In this document: positions 47,740 through 60,968 of the stretch, piece after piece
Numbering within the stretch: position 1 is the stretch's first letter
Layout of the letters: the number at the start of each line of letters is the position of its first letter
Assembly (NCBI GenBank): GCA_026393975.1
Contig: JAPKZD010000012.1
Coordinates: 27,007 to 91,006, forward strand
Reading direction: 5' to 3'
DNA: 64,000 bases
Source: Candidatus Aminicenantes bacterium
GTDB taxonomy: Bacteria > Acidobacteriota > Aminicenantia > Aminicenantales > Saccharicenantaceae
Notes under the pieces: generated by a model
Seen by the model: only the letters and a program-made list of their open reading frames with translations
What the model was told of the DNA's origin: nothing
The model's database searches: none
Program-made: the position numbers and the translations under genes

Positions 47740-48204
47740 ATGAACGATACCGTTTTCATGAAAGCAGCCCTGCAAGAAGCGGCCAAGGCCGCGACGGCAT
47801 GGGAGGTCCCCGTCGGTGCCGTCGTCGTCCGGGATGGCCACATCGTCGCCCGCGGTTCGAACAAGCCCGTCAAGAGCTCCGACCCCACGGCCCACGCCGA
47901 GATCGTCGCCCTTCGCAAGGCGGCCAGGAAGGCCGGAAACTATCGCCTGCCGGACTGCGACCTCTACGTGACCGTCGAGCCCTGCGCGATGTGCCTAGGC
48001 GCCCTCGTCCAGGCCCGGATCCGACGCCTTGTTTTCGGCACGCTCGACCCCAAGGCCGGCGCCGTCTCGTCGATCATGAAGTTCCCTTTCGAGCGAACCA
48101 ATCATCGGCCCGAAATCGTCGGCGGCATCCTGGCCGGCGAGTGCGCCAAGCTCCTCCGCGACTTCTTCCATGGCCGTAGAAAGAAATTACGATTTCGGCT
48201 ATAA
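47740..48204 (+). CDS. tadA: tRNA adenosine(34) deaminase
   Basis: EVPVGAV, DPTAHAE, NYRL, EPCAMC, DPKAGA. Confidence 0.95.
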   Translation: MNDTVFMKAALQEAAKAATAWEVPVGAVVVRDGHIVARGSNKPVKSSDPTAHAEIVALRKAARKAGNYRLPDCDLYVTVEPCAMCLGALVQARIRRLVFGTLDPKAGAVSSIMKFPFERTNHRPEIVGGILAGECAKLLRDFFHGRRKKLRFRL

Positions 48205-48233
48205 TCCAGGCTCTTCTCGTGTCCCGTTATTGC

Positions 48234-48325
48234 GGAGAGGTGGCCGAGTGGTTGAAGGCGACGGTCTCGAAAACCGTTATCTCGAGCGATTGGGATCGCG
48301 GGTTCGAATCCCGCCCTCTCCGCCA
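48234..48325 (+). tRNA. tRNA-Ser (anticodon CGA)
   Basis: GGAGAGG/CCTCTCC acceptor stem, ACGGT-CTCGAAA-ACCGT anticodon arm, long variable arm, GGTTCGAATCC, encoded CCA. Confidence 0.97.
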
Positions 48326-48345
48326 TTGAAAATCAAAACGCACCC

Positions 48346-49380
48346 ATGAAAACCGTCCCTTTGATCGTCACGGGTTTCGGCAACGTCGGCCGGGCCTTCT
48401 TTTCGCTCTTGCGGGAAAAAAAGGAAGACCTCAAAAACCGTTACGGACTGGCGCTCGACGTCCTGGCCGTGGTCCAGGCGGAAGGCTGCTTCTATTCCGG
48501 CGGACCTCTCGAAGTCCGGCAAATTTCCCAGGGTGGGGAGCCCTGGACCTCCGACAACCCCTCCTGGCGCGCGGGGATGAAGGTCACGGACCTCATCGAA
48601 GAAACGGGGCCGGGCGGATGCCTCGTCGAATGCACGCTCTCCAACCGGGAGTCGGGAGAGCCCGGACTATCCTATATCACCGGCGCCTTTCACGGCGGCT
48701 GGCATGCCGTCGCCGCCAGCAAAGGGGCCTTGGTCGTCGGCTTCCGGGGACTCAAAGCTCTGGCCGCGGAGAACGGCGTGTTTCTCAAGTTCAGCGGAGC
48801 TACCGCGGCCGCCCTGCCGACCCTCGACGTCGGCCTCTTTTCCCTCGCCGGCGCCCGGATCGAGGGCATCCAGGGCATCCTCAACGGAACGACCAACTAC
48901 ATTCTGACACGCATGGGGGAAGGTCTGGACTATGCGGAAGCGCTGCAGGAGGCCCAGACCAGGGGGATTGCCGAACCCGACCCGGCCCACGACGTCGACG
49001 GCTGGGACACGGCCAGCAAGATCCTGATCATCACCAACGCCTGCCTCGACGCGGATTATGAGCTTAAGGACGTCCAGGTGCGCGGCCTCGCCGGGGTGTC
49101 TGTCGATTTCGTCCAGTCCGCCCGGAAGGAAGGGCGGTCCGTCAAGCTTTTGGCCACGGCCGCGCCCAAGAGGCAAGGCGGAAAATGGAGTCTCGACGTC
49201 AGGCCCTCTCTCATCGAGGCAACACATCCGCTCGCCAACGTCAACGGGACCGAGAAAGGGATCACGTTCCTCACGGACTCCATGGGCTCGGTGACGGTGA
49301 CGGGCGGGAGGTCCAACCCGCGCGGCGCCGCGGCCGCCCTCCTCAAGGACATCATCAACATTTACCGGCCCGCGTTCTAG
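48346..49380 (+). CDS. hom: Homoserine dehydrogenase (no ACT domain)
   Basis: GFGNVG, ASKG, GILNGTTNYIL, AEPDP..DVDGWDTASK. Confidence 0.92.
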   Translation: MKTVPLIVTGFGNVGRAFFSLLREKKEDLKNRYGLALDVLAVVQAEGCFYSGGPLEVRQISQGGEPWTSDNPSWRAGMKVTDLIEETGPGGCLVECTLSNRESGEPGLSYITGAFHGGWHAVAASKGALVVGFRGLKALAAENGVFLKFSGATAAALPTLDVGLFSLAGARIEGIQGILNGTTNYILTRMGEGLDYAEALQEAQTRGIAEPDPAHDVDGWDTASKILIITNACLDADYELKDVQVRGLAGVSVDFVQSARKEGRSVKLLATAAPKRQGGKWSLDVRPSLIEATHPLANVNGTEKGITFLTDSMGSVTVTGGRSNPRGAAAALLKDIINIYRPAF

Positions 49381-49394
49381 GAACCCGGCGCGCG

Positions 49395-49423
49395 TTGACC
49401 CGACGCGTCTTTTCTGATAACGT
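49395..49423 (+). promoter_or_regulatory. Sigma70-type promoter for tRNA-Ser(GGA)/rocD
   Basis: TTGACC-17 bp-TAACGT. Confidence 0.55.
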
Positions 49424-49463
49424 TACCGTCATCACAGTCCGTTGATTTTCGGACCAGAGGAGC

Positions 49464-49555
<92 letters not shown>

Positions 49556-49605
49556 TTCACGTGGCGAAGGAATAACGGGCGGATAAAAAACGAAGGAGAC
49601 AAAAC

Positions 49606-50811
49606 ATGGACAGCAAAGACCTCATCGTGGTGGAAGACCTTTACGGGGCCCACAACTACCATCCCCTCGACGTCGTTATCGGCAAAGCCCAGGGGATTTG
49701 GATGCATGACGTCGAAGGCCGCAAGTACCTCGATTGCCTGAGCGCCTACTCCGCCGTCAACCAGGGCCATCGGCATCCCCGGATCATCCGGGCCCTGGTC
49801 GAACAGTCCCGCAAGCTGACGTTGACCTCCCGGGCCTTCCGCAACGACCAGTGGCCCATGCTGGCCAAAGAGGTCTGTGAGATGACGGGCTACTCCATGG
49901 TCCTGCCCATGAATTCGGGCGCCGAAGCCGTCGAAACCGCCGTCAAGACGGCCCGCAAGTGGGCCTACCAGAAGAAGGGCGTCGCCCAGGACCGGGCGGA
50001 GATCATCGCCTGCGCCAACAACTTCCACGGCCGGACCGTCACCGTCATCAGCTTTTCGACAGAACCCCTCTACCGTCAGGATTTCGGCCCCTTCACGCCG
50101 GGTTTCACCATCATTCCCTTCGGGGACGCCGACGCCCTGGAGAAAGCCATCACGCCGAACACGGCCGCCTTTCTCGTCGAACCCATCCAGGCCGAAGCCG
50201 GTATCCTCATCCCGCCCGACGGGTTCCTCAAGAAAGCCGCCGAGATCTGCAAACGGAACAACGTCCTCTTCATCGCCGACGAGATCCAGACGGGGCTCGG
50301 CCGGGTGGGCAAGCTCTTCGCCTGTGAATTCGAGGGCGTGAGGCCCGACATGGTCGTCATCGGCAAGTCTTTGGGCGGCGGGTGCTATCCCGTCTCCGCG
50401 GTCCTGGCCGACCGGGAGATCCTCGGTGTCTTCAAGCCCGGGGAGCACGGCTCGACCTTCGGGGGGAACCCCCTCGGCTGCGCCGTGGCCCGGGAAAGCC
50501 TGCGCGTCATCCGGGACGAAAAGCTCGTCGAGAACGCGGCCGAGCGTGGCCGGTCCTTCATGGAGAAGCTGCGCAAGGTCCGCAGCCGGCACATCAAGGA
50601 GATCCGCGGCCGGGGACTTCTCATCGGCATCGAGCTTCATCCGGAGGCCGGGGGTGCGCGGCGCTTCTGCGAGGAACTGATGAAGGAAGGCCTCCTCTGC
50701 AAGGAAACCCACGACAACGTCATCCGCTTGGCTCCTCCGCTCATCATCAGGGAGAAGGATCTCAACTGGGCCCTCAAGCGCATAAAGACCGTATTCAAGA
50801 GGCTGGCCTGA
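49606..50811 (+). CDS. rocD: Ornithine--oxo-acid aminotransferase
   Basis: GAHNYHPL, YSAVNQGH, LTLTSRAF, MNSGAEAVE, DEIQTGLGR, GKSLGGG, HGSTFGGNPL. Confidence 0.95.
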   Translation: MDSKDLIVVEDLYGAHNYHPLDVVIGKAQGIWMHDVEGRKYLDCLSAYSAVNQGHRHPRIIRALVEQSRKLTLTSRAFRNDQWPMLAKEVCEMTGYSMVLPMNSGAEAVETAVKTARKWAYQKKGVAQDRAEIIACANNFHGRTVTVISFSTEPLYRQDFGPFTPGFTIIPFGDADALEKAITPNTAAFLVEPIQAEAGILIPPDGFLKKAAEICKRNNVLFIADEIQTGLGRVGKLFACEFEGVRPDMVVIGKSLGGGCYPVSAVLADREILGVFKPGEHGSTFGGNPLGCAVARESLRVIRDEKLVENAAERGRSFMEKLRKVRSRHIKEIRGRGLLIGIELHPEAGGARRFCEELMKEGLLCKETHDNVIRLAPPLIIREKDLNWALKRIKTVFKRLA

Positions 50812-50844
50812 ACCGGGCAGCCGGATAAGAGAAGGCCGAAAGAA

Positions 50845-51705
50845 CTAAGACGTCCGCCGTGCCCGGACCGTGGCGACGAGCGCGGCCGCCAGAACGACCG
50901 CTCCTCCCGAGACCGTTCTCAGGGAGGGGCTTTCTTTAAGGAAGAGTAGGGCGAGGAGGATGCCGTAAACCGGCTCGAGCGAGCTCAGAATGCTTGCCGT
51001 CCTGGCCCGGACATTCCTCATTCCGTCAATGAACAGGGTGTGGGCCCCCGCCGTGAAAAAAACGCCAAGTACGCCGATGAGCGCCCAGTCGCGCCCTGAG
51101 AGGGCGAGGTCGGCCCGGACGACGATCGGCAGCAGGAAGAAGGCGGCGAAGAGGTCCTGGTAGAAGGCCACGGCCAGGCTCGACTGCCGCAAGGCCAGGA
51201 CCCGATTGAGAACCGACAGCACCGAAAATGTCAGCCCCGCCCCAAGCCCCCAGAGGACGCCGCGGACGACGGCGTCGGCCAGGTCGAAGCGGGGAATGAT
51301 CAGGCCTATGCCCAGGGCGCAGAGGAGGGCAAAGACAAGGCTCGCCGGGTCCCAGCGTTCCCTCGTCAGAAGCGGTTCCAGAAAGACCGTGAAGACCGGA
51401 AAACTCGCATAAGCGAGGAGGCCGACGGCCACCGAGGAGACCTGGACGGCCTTGAAGAACATCGTCCAATGGGCGGCCAGGGCGAGCCCGCAGACGGCGA
51501 GGAGGATCAGGTCCCGGCGCGGGACGATCCGGAACGAACGCCGTCCGAAGCCCATAACCGCGAGGAGCGCCAGGGAAGCAAAAAGGACCCTACCGAAAAC
51601 GATGACGGGAGGGGAGAGGGCGAGCCATTTCCCGAATAGTCCCGGGAAGCCGAACAGGAAGACGGCCAGGTGGATCTCGAGAAGGCTGCGGGAGCGCGCT
51701 CGCAC
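50845..51705 (-). CDS. EamA/DMT family transporter
   Basis: Ten hydrophobic segments; EIHLAVFLFG, AHWTMFF, LEPVYGI. Confidence 0.9.
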   Translation of the reverse strand: MRARSRSLLEIHLAVFLFGFPGLFGKWLALSPPVIVFGRVLFASLALLAVMGFGRRSFRIVPRRDLILLAVCGLALAAHWTMFFKAVQVSSVAVGLLAYASFPVFTVFLEPLLTRERWDPASLVFALLCALGIGLIIPRFDLADAVVRGVLWGLGAGLTFSVLSVLNRVLALRQSSLAVAFYQDLFAAFFLLPIVVRADLALSGRDWALIGVLGVFFTAGAHTLFIDGMRNVRARTASILSSLEPVYGILLALLFLKESPSLRTVSGGAVVLAAALVATVRARRTS

Positions 51706-51816
51706 GGGCGCATTATATTCCTTTTCCTTGAATTTTGACCGGTTTGTGCTAAGATAAACTTTACTTTTTAGGGAAAACGGCGGGTTTTCCCGCCCGTCTT
51801 CAGACGGCCGAAACTC

Positions 51817-53538
51817 ATGTCATATAAGATATTCGCCCGGAAATACAGACCGCAGGCCTTCGAAGAGGTCATCGGGCAGAAGTCCGTCGTCCGGACGATC
51901 CAGAACGCCATTCAGACGGGCCGGGTCTCCCAGGCCTACCTCTTCTCGGGGATGAGGGGGACGGGGAAGACGTCGATGGCCCGCATCCTGGCCAGGGCTC
52001 TGAACTGCGCCAACGGCCCGACCGCGAACCCCTGTAAGATCGAAGACAAGGACCCCGCAGACGACAAGAACAAGCCCTGCGACTATTGCGCGGCCATCAG
52101 CGAGGACAGGGCGATCGACGTCCTGGAGATCGACGGCGCCTCCAACCGGGGCATCGAAGAGATCCGGGCCCTTCGCGAGTCGCTGAAGTACAAGGCGATC
52201 TACACCCGCTACAAGGTCGTCATCATCGACGAGGTCCACCAGATCACGAAGGAAGGCTTCAACGCCCTTCTCAAGACCCTCGAAGAGCCTCCGCCGAACA
52301 CGGTCTTCATCTTCGCGACGACGGAGTTCAACAAGGTCCCGGCGACGATCGTTTCGCGGTGCCAGCACTTCGAGTTCCGCAAGATCTCCCACAAGGACAT
52401 CATCAACCACCTCGTGGAGATCGCCAAGAAGGAAGCGATCACGATCACCCCCGCCAGCCTGGCCCTGATCGCCGAGGCCGCCGATGGGAGCATGCGGGAC
52501 GCCCAGAGCCTGCTCGACCAGGCCGTGGCCTTCAGCGGCGAGAACATCGGCGACGAGGACCTCAAGACGATCCTCGGGACGATCGGACAGGACGTGCTCT
52601 TCCGGTCCTCGACGGCCGTCCTCGAGGAAAAGCCGGAGGACGTTTTCCCCCTGGTCGAGAGCGTCGTCGCCGCCGGCTACGACCTCCGCTTCCTCTTTGG
52701 CAAGCTCATCGAGCATTTCCGGGCGCTCCTGCTCGTCCGCTCCGTGGAGAAACCGGAAGATCTGCTCCTCGCGAGCGCGGAAGAACTCCAGGCCCTGCGC
52801 GTCCAGGCCTCGAAGGCCACGGCCGAGGACCTTCTCCGCTACCTTCTCGCCCTCCAGCAGGCCGAGGCCGGCTTGAAGTACTCGGCCATGCCCCGGATCT
52901 ACCTCGAAGCCTTCCTCATAAAGCTCTGCCACTTTCGCAAGATCGTACCTCTCCAGGAGCTCATCCGGGACGTGGAGTCGCTCAAGAAGGAGCCCCAGCG
53001 GACGCTTCCCAAGTCCCCTGGGGCTTCTCCGGCCGGCGCCCCCTCCGCCAGGGGCACGGGACATCCGCTCCCGGCCGGAGACCCGCTGGGAGGCCCCTCT
53101 TCGGCGGCCAAAACCGCTCCTCCGCCCCAGAAAGACGTCTTCAAGCGTGTCCTCGAAAAGCTGGCGACAGACAGGGCCCCGCTGGCCGCCCTCCTGGCTC
53201 AGTATTCGTCGGTCATGGTCAAGGACAACGTCCTCGAGGTCTTTTTCGCGAGCGGCAGGGGCTTTTTCGTCACGAGCATCCAGGAAAAGGACATCCGGGC
53301 GGTCGAGCGGGCGGCCTCGGAAGTGCTGGGCCGTGAGACGAAGGTCCGCTTCGCGGAGGAGAACGCCACCGACGGCGGCCCCATCCGGCCGGGCCGGGAG
53401 CTCGAGACGGCCCTCAAGGACCCTGCCGTGCAGTTCTTCATGAACACCTTCAAGGCCCAGGTCCTTTCGGCCGACCCCATTCCGGCCTCGCGCGAGGCCG
53501 GACCCAAGGGGGGCGGTCCCACGGAGAACGGAACATGA
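51817..53538 (+). CDS. dnaX: DNA polymerase III subunit gamma/tau
   Basis: ARKYRPQ, GMRGTGKT, EIDGASNRG, IIDEVH, NALLKTLEEPP, SRCQ, GSMRDA. Confidence 0.97.
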   Translation: MSYKIFARKYRPQAFEEVIGQKSVVRTIQNAIQTGRVSQAYLFSGMRGTGKTSMARILARALNCANGPTANPCKIEDKDPADDKNKPCDYCAAISEDRAIDVLEIDGASNRGIEEIRALRESLKYKAIYTRYKVVIIDEVHQITKEGFNALLKTLEEPPPNTVFIFATTEFNKVPATIVSRCQHFEFRKISHKDIINHLVEIAKKEAITITPASLALIAEAADGSMRDAQSLLDQAVAFSGENIGDEDLKTILGTIGQDVLFRSSTAVLEEKPEDVFPLVESVVAAGYDLRFLFGKLIEHFRALLLVRSVEKPEDLLLASAEELQALRVQASKATAEDLLRYLLALQQAEAGLKYSAMPRIYLEAFLIKLCHFRKIVPLQELIRDVESLKKEPQRTLPKSPGASPAGAPSARGTGHPLPAGDPLGGPSSAAKTAPPPQKDVFKRVLEKLATDRAPLAALLAQYSSVMVKDNVLEVFFASGRGFFVTSIQEKDIRAVERAASEVLGRETKVRFAEENATDGGPIRPGRELETALKDPAVQFFMNTFKAQVLSADPIPASREAGPKGGGPTENGT

Positions 53539-53846
53539 AAAACGTCATGGACCTCCAGAAAATGCTGAAAACGGCCAAAGAGATGCAGGATCGGCTCCAG
53601 AAGGAGCTCGCGGCCCTGCGCGTCGAGGGGTCGAGCGGCGGCGGCATGGTCAGTCTCGTCCTCGACGGCCACAAGGCCCTGCAGTCCATCCGCATCGAGC
53701 CGGAGGTCGCCGACAAGAACGAGATCGAAATGCTCCAAGACCTGATCGTCGCGGCTTTCAACGACGCGGCGGCCAAGGTTGACGAGGCGTTGGCCCAGAA
53801 GCTGGGTGGCTTGGGCGGCGGTCTCAAGATCCCTGGGTTGTCCTGA
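53535..53846 (+). CDS. ybaB: YbaB/EbfC nucleoid-associated protein
   Basis: GSSGGGMV, EMLQDLIVAAFNDA; lies between dnaX and recR. Confidence 0.95.
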   Translation: MKNVMDLQKMLKTAKEMQDRLQKELAALRVEGSSGGGMVSLVLDGHKALQSIRIEPEVADKNEIEMLQDLIVAAFNDAAAKVDEALAQKLGGLGGGLKIPGLS

Positions 53847-54451
53847 TGTTCGAATACGCCCAGCCCCTGCACGCGCTCATCGAGGAACTGCGGCGGATTC
53901 CCGGCATCGGAGCCAAGACCGCCCAGCGCATCGCTTTCTATTTCCTCGGGCTCCCGACTGAGGACGCCGACCGGCTGGCCGAGGCCATCCGGGAGGCCAA
54001 GAGGAAGATCTTCTACTGCGGGCGCTGCAACAACATCACCCACGTCGAGCCCTGCCTGATCTGCTCCGACCCCCACCGGTCCGACGAGTCCATGTGCATC
54101 GTCGAGGAGCCGTTCAACATCTCCTCGATCGAGAAGACGGGCGCCTACAGCGGACGATACCACGTCCTCCTGGGCGCCCTCTCGCCGCTCAAGGGCCGCG
54201 GACCCGACGAGCTCCGGCTGGGGAAACTCGTTAAGAGGATCGAAGAGGGCGCCTTCAAGGAGATCATCATCGCCACCAACCCGACGGTGGAAGGGGAGGC
54301 CACGGCCCTCTATCTTCACCGGGTCCTCAAGGCTTTCGGGATACGGATCACCCGCCTGGCCATGGGTCTGCCGGTGGGCTCGGACCTCGATTTCGCCGAC
54401 CAGGTGACCATCAAGAAAGCCCTGGAGGGCCGGACTGAGCTCAAGGAATAG
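53846..54451 (+). CDS. recR: Recombination mediator RecR
   Basis: PGIGAKTAQR, C4 zinc finger, ATNPTVEGEAT, RLAMGLPVG. Confidence 0.97.
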   Translation: MFEYAQPLHALIEELRRIPGIGAKTAQRIAFYFLGLPTEDADRLAEAIREAKRKIFYCGRCNNITHVEPCLICSDPHRSDESMCIVEEPFNISSIEKTGAYSGRYHVLLGALSPLKGRGPDELRLGKLVKRIEEGAFKEIIIATNPTVEGEATALYLHRVLKAFGIRITRLAMGLPVGSDLDFADQVTIKKALEGRTELKE

Positions 54452-54497
54452 CACGACACGTCACGAACGGCGTTCGATCATAATGAAGGAGGTTGAC

Positions 54498-58013
<3,516 letters not shown>

Positions 58014-58030
58014 GCGAGGGCGGTACCGCC

Positions 58031-59350
58031 CTATCGGATCGTCGAACCGGCCGGTTCCGGCCCGACGGTGACGCGGAGCGACCGGTCGGGGCTGAGGGCC
58101 TCGCGGATAAACGCGTTCATGTCCACGAGCGTCACCGCGTCGAGGGCCGCGAAGATGCCCGAGAGGTGTTCGTAGCCCAGCCCGAGGACCTCGAAGAGTC
58201 CGACGGCCCGCAGGCGCGGCGCCTTAGCTTCCGTCGACCTGAGGAAACTGGCCCTGGCCATTGTTTCGGCCGTCCGGAGCTCTTCCTCTGTGATCCCTTT
58301 ATCCTGGAGGTCGGCGAGAGTCCGGTCGAGCGCCTCTGACGCCCGGGAGCTCTTGGCGTTCTCCGTCTCAAGGTAGGCCTCGAGGATGCCTGAGCTTTTC
58401 GTCCAAGTCAGCTCGGCGTCGACGCTGTAGGCCAGCTTCTCGGTCATCCGCAGTCCCCAGAGCCGCGAACCGGGGCCCTTGCCGAGGAGGGTTTCGAGCA
58501 GGTATCCCTTGGCCTGGTTGGGCGCGTCCGGAGCTGGAAGAAGGTAGGCCCGGCCGACATAGGTCTGCTTCGAATCTTTGGTCAGGGCGATATCGCGGAT
58601 CGAGGGAAGGGCCGGGGAGACGATGGGAATGCTGACGTCTTCCCCGTCCGGGAATCCGGCGAAATATTTCTCGAGAAGCGCCCGAACCGGCGCTCTATCG
58701 AGGTCCGTGGTAACGCAGAAAAGCAACCCCTTCTTGGTGAAAAACCGGCGATAGAAGGCGACGGCGTCCTTCCTGTCGATGGCCCTGAGGCTTTTCTCCG
58801 TCCCGTAGACCGCGGTCCCGTAGCCGACCCCGGGGAAAAAGACCTTCATGACGGCGTTATGGGCGGCGACGGTGGATTCGTCCTCCTCGGACCGCCCGTA
58901 GAGCTTCATCATCTCCTTGGTCCGGCCGATCCGGAGACTCGTGATGAGGGGGTCCTGGATGATCTTGCCGGCGACGCGGAGGGCTTCTTCGAGGTTTTCG
59001 GACAGGCACTCGATGAGGACGGCCGAGAAGTCCTCCGAGCAGAGAAGGCTCAACCGGGTCGCCTGGGACATGAGGTCCTGGACCATGCCTTCGTCGGGGA
59101 TCTCGAGGGTCAGGCGCGTCGTGAGGTAGGCCAACCCGTCGAGACCCAGGGGCACGGCCGACTTGCCCCCCGAAGCGAACAGCCCAACGACCGTCGTCGG
59201 CGAGCTCTGGTCCTTCTGGTAAACGCAGGGGAGGCCGGTCGTCAGCGTGAATTTTTCGGGGCGCTCCTTCCAGGACACTCCCGGGGTTCCGGAGGACCCT
59301 GCGGCCATCAGGAGTCCGGCGCACGACCAGAGAAGCCAGGCCACTCTCAT
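58031..59350 (-). CDS. M16 peptidase family, non-catalytic subunit
   Basis: DGLAYLT in place of HxxEH; SRLWGLRMTEKLAY (R/Y pair); signal peptide; coupled to the upstream M16 gene. Confidence 0.8.
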   Translation of the reverse strand: MRVAWLLWSCAGLLMAAGSSGTPGVSWKERPEKFTLTTGLPCVYQKDQSSPTTVVGLFASGGKSAVPLGLDGLAYLTTRLTLEIPDEGMVQDLMSQATRLSLLCSEDFSAVLIECLSENLEEALRVAGKIIQDPLITSLRIGRTKEMMKLYGRSEEDESTVAAHNAVMKVFFPGVGYGTAVYGTEKSLRAIDRKDAVAFYRRFFTKKGLLFCVTTDLDRAPVRALLEKYFAGFPDGEDVSIPIVSPALPSIRDIALTKDSKQTYVGRAYLLPAPDAPNQAKGYLLETLLGKGPGSRLWGLRMTEKLAYSVDAELTWTKSSGILEAYLETENAKSSRASEALDRTLADLQDKGITEEELRTAETMARASFLRSTEAKAPRLRAVGLFEVLGLGYEHLSGIFAALDAVTLVDMNAFIREALSPDRSLRVTVGPEPAGSTIR

Positions 59351-60711
59351 TGCTTTTCGCCCTTCCGCGGGACGATGGAAACGGCGGCGTATTCGCCCTT
59401 CCCGAGGTACCTGGCCGCTGTTTTTCTGAGGTCGCTCGAATCGACCCTTCCGATCTCATCCAGGTATCGCCCGGGTTTTTCGCGCGTGTTGAGAAGGAGG
59501 TGCCTGGCCATCGAGCCGGCCAGCTGCAGCCCGGACTCTTCGGCTTGCCCCACGGCGAACCGGATCTGGTTCTTGGCGCTCTCCAGATAGTCGAAGGCGG
59601 ACATTTCGGCCTCGCCCATGAAATCCTTTTTCGAATAGGCCTCGTTATGGGCCCGCTTGAGATAGCCCACGGCCGCCCGCTGGACCGCCGCCATGTCCTT
59701 GGGATCCATCTTGATGGAGACGACGGCGGCTCCTCCGAACCGGAAAGCGAGATAGGACATGGAAACGGTTTGGACGGAACCGCGCTCTCCGCGGAGCAGG
59801 GCGGGGAGAAGAGGGTTGACCCCGCGGCCGAGAACTTCCACCAGCACGTTCATGGCGTACTGATCGGCATGGTTGTAGTCCGGGGCCACGAAACCGAGAA
59901 AAACGTAGCCTTCCTTGACATCGCGCTCGAAACGCTGGGACACGCTCTTCTTCAAGGGGACGGCCATCGGCAGCGGCTCGAACCGGAGCCCGGTTTTCGG
60001 GAGCGGGCCGAAAACATCCCGGACCAGCCGCTCCATGTCGGCCGTCGCGAAATCGCCGACGACGGCCAGGGCGCAATTGTCGGCAACGAAATATTTCCGG
60101 TAAAAGCCGAGCACCCCCTCGACCGTGGCCGTCCGGATGACCTCCCGCCGTCCGTAAACCGAACGTCCGTAAGGGTGTCCGGGGAACAGGGCCTGGAGGA
60201 CGAGGTCGACCGCATTTCGCTGCGGGTCGTCCTCCATCTGGTTGTACTCTTCGAGGAGGACTTCCTTCTCCTCGTCGAGTTCGGTCTGGCTCAAGTCGAG
60301 CCCGAAGAGGATGTCCTTCTGGTTCCGGAGCGCGAATTCGGCGTGCTCGGCAGGAAGCGAGATCTCGAAAAGGGACAGATCCTGTCCCGTGTTGGCGTTA
60401 AAATAGGCCCCGTGACGGCGGATGTCGGCGCTGACCTCGGCTCCGGAACGGACGGATGTCCCCCGGAAGAGGATACAATGCTCGAGCAGGTGGACGAGGC
60501 CGTTCGTTTCGTCGGTTTCGTTCTTGGAACCGACGTCGAAACCGGTGACGACGTGGAGGAGGGGCAGGTCGCGTTTTTCATAGAGGAAAACGCGCATGCC
60601 GTTGTCGAGGACGAAGTACTTGCCCGGGTTCTCAGGGCCCGCGGCGAGAAGCAGAGCGGCACTCATCACACCCGCCAAGAGCCCGGCGGTCATGGTCAGG
60701 GAGTTCCGCAT
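59347..60711 (-). CDS. M16 (pitrilysin) zinc peptidase, catalytic subunit
   Basis: LDNGMRV, VGSKNE, GLVHLLEHCILFRGT, NANT, HPYGR, VVGDF. Confidence 0.9.
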   Translation of the reverse strand: MRNSLTMTAGLLAGVMSAALLLAAGPENPGKYFVLDNGMRVFLYEKRDLPLLHVVTGFDVGSKNETDETNGLVHLLEHCILFRGTSVRSGAEVSADIRRHGAYFNANTGQDLSLFEISLPAEHAEFALRNQKDILFGLDLSQTELDEEKEVLLEEYNQMEDDPQRNAVDLVLQALFPGHPYGRSVYGRREVIRTATVEGVLGFYRKYFVADNCALAVVGDFATADMERLVRDVFGPLPKTGLRFEPLPMAVPLKKSVSQRFERDVKEGYVFLGFVAPDYNHADQYAMNVLVEVLGRGVNPLLPALLRGERGSVQTVSMSYLAFRFGGAAVVSIKMDPKDMAAVQRAAVGYLKRAHNEAYSKKDFMGEAEMSAFDYLESAKNQIRFAVGQAEESGLQLAGSMARHLLLNTREKPGRYLDEIGRVDSSDLRKTAARYLGKGEYAAVSIVPRKGEKQ

Positions 60712-60968
60712 GTTCCTGCCCACCGTTACGCTATCCCGCAAATCCCATGCCAGTCTAGCATAAACGCAGAACGTCCACCAACAGCGGCCGGGACCCCGGG
60801 CTTTGCAGTCCTCATGCGCGAAGCGATGAGGGCGGCCTTGCCAGGACCGGGGGTCCAACTTCCGCTGCGAAGGCTCGTCCCTTGACCGTCACCCGTCCAG
60901 ATTAGATTGGCCCTTTTTGCCCCGGGCGGGAGAGTGTGCTAAAATTGGAGAAAGAGGCAAGCAGGATA

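Noticed and set aside
51706-51816. SRP RNA (ffs), often found upstream of dnaX
   Set aside because: No conserved domain IV motif; only promoters and a short hairpin are present.
52980-53140. Programmed frameshift site in dnaX
   Set aside because: No A-AAA-AAG or long A-run; this is a Pro/Ala/Gly-rich linker.
58031-59350. M16 gene lacking HxxEH as a pseudogene
   Set aside because: The ORF is intact, and catalytic plus non-catalytic M16 pairs are a known heterodimeric arrangement.
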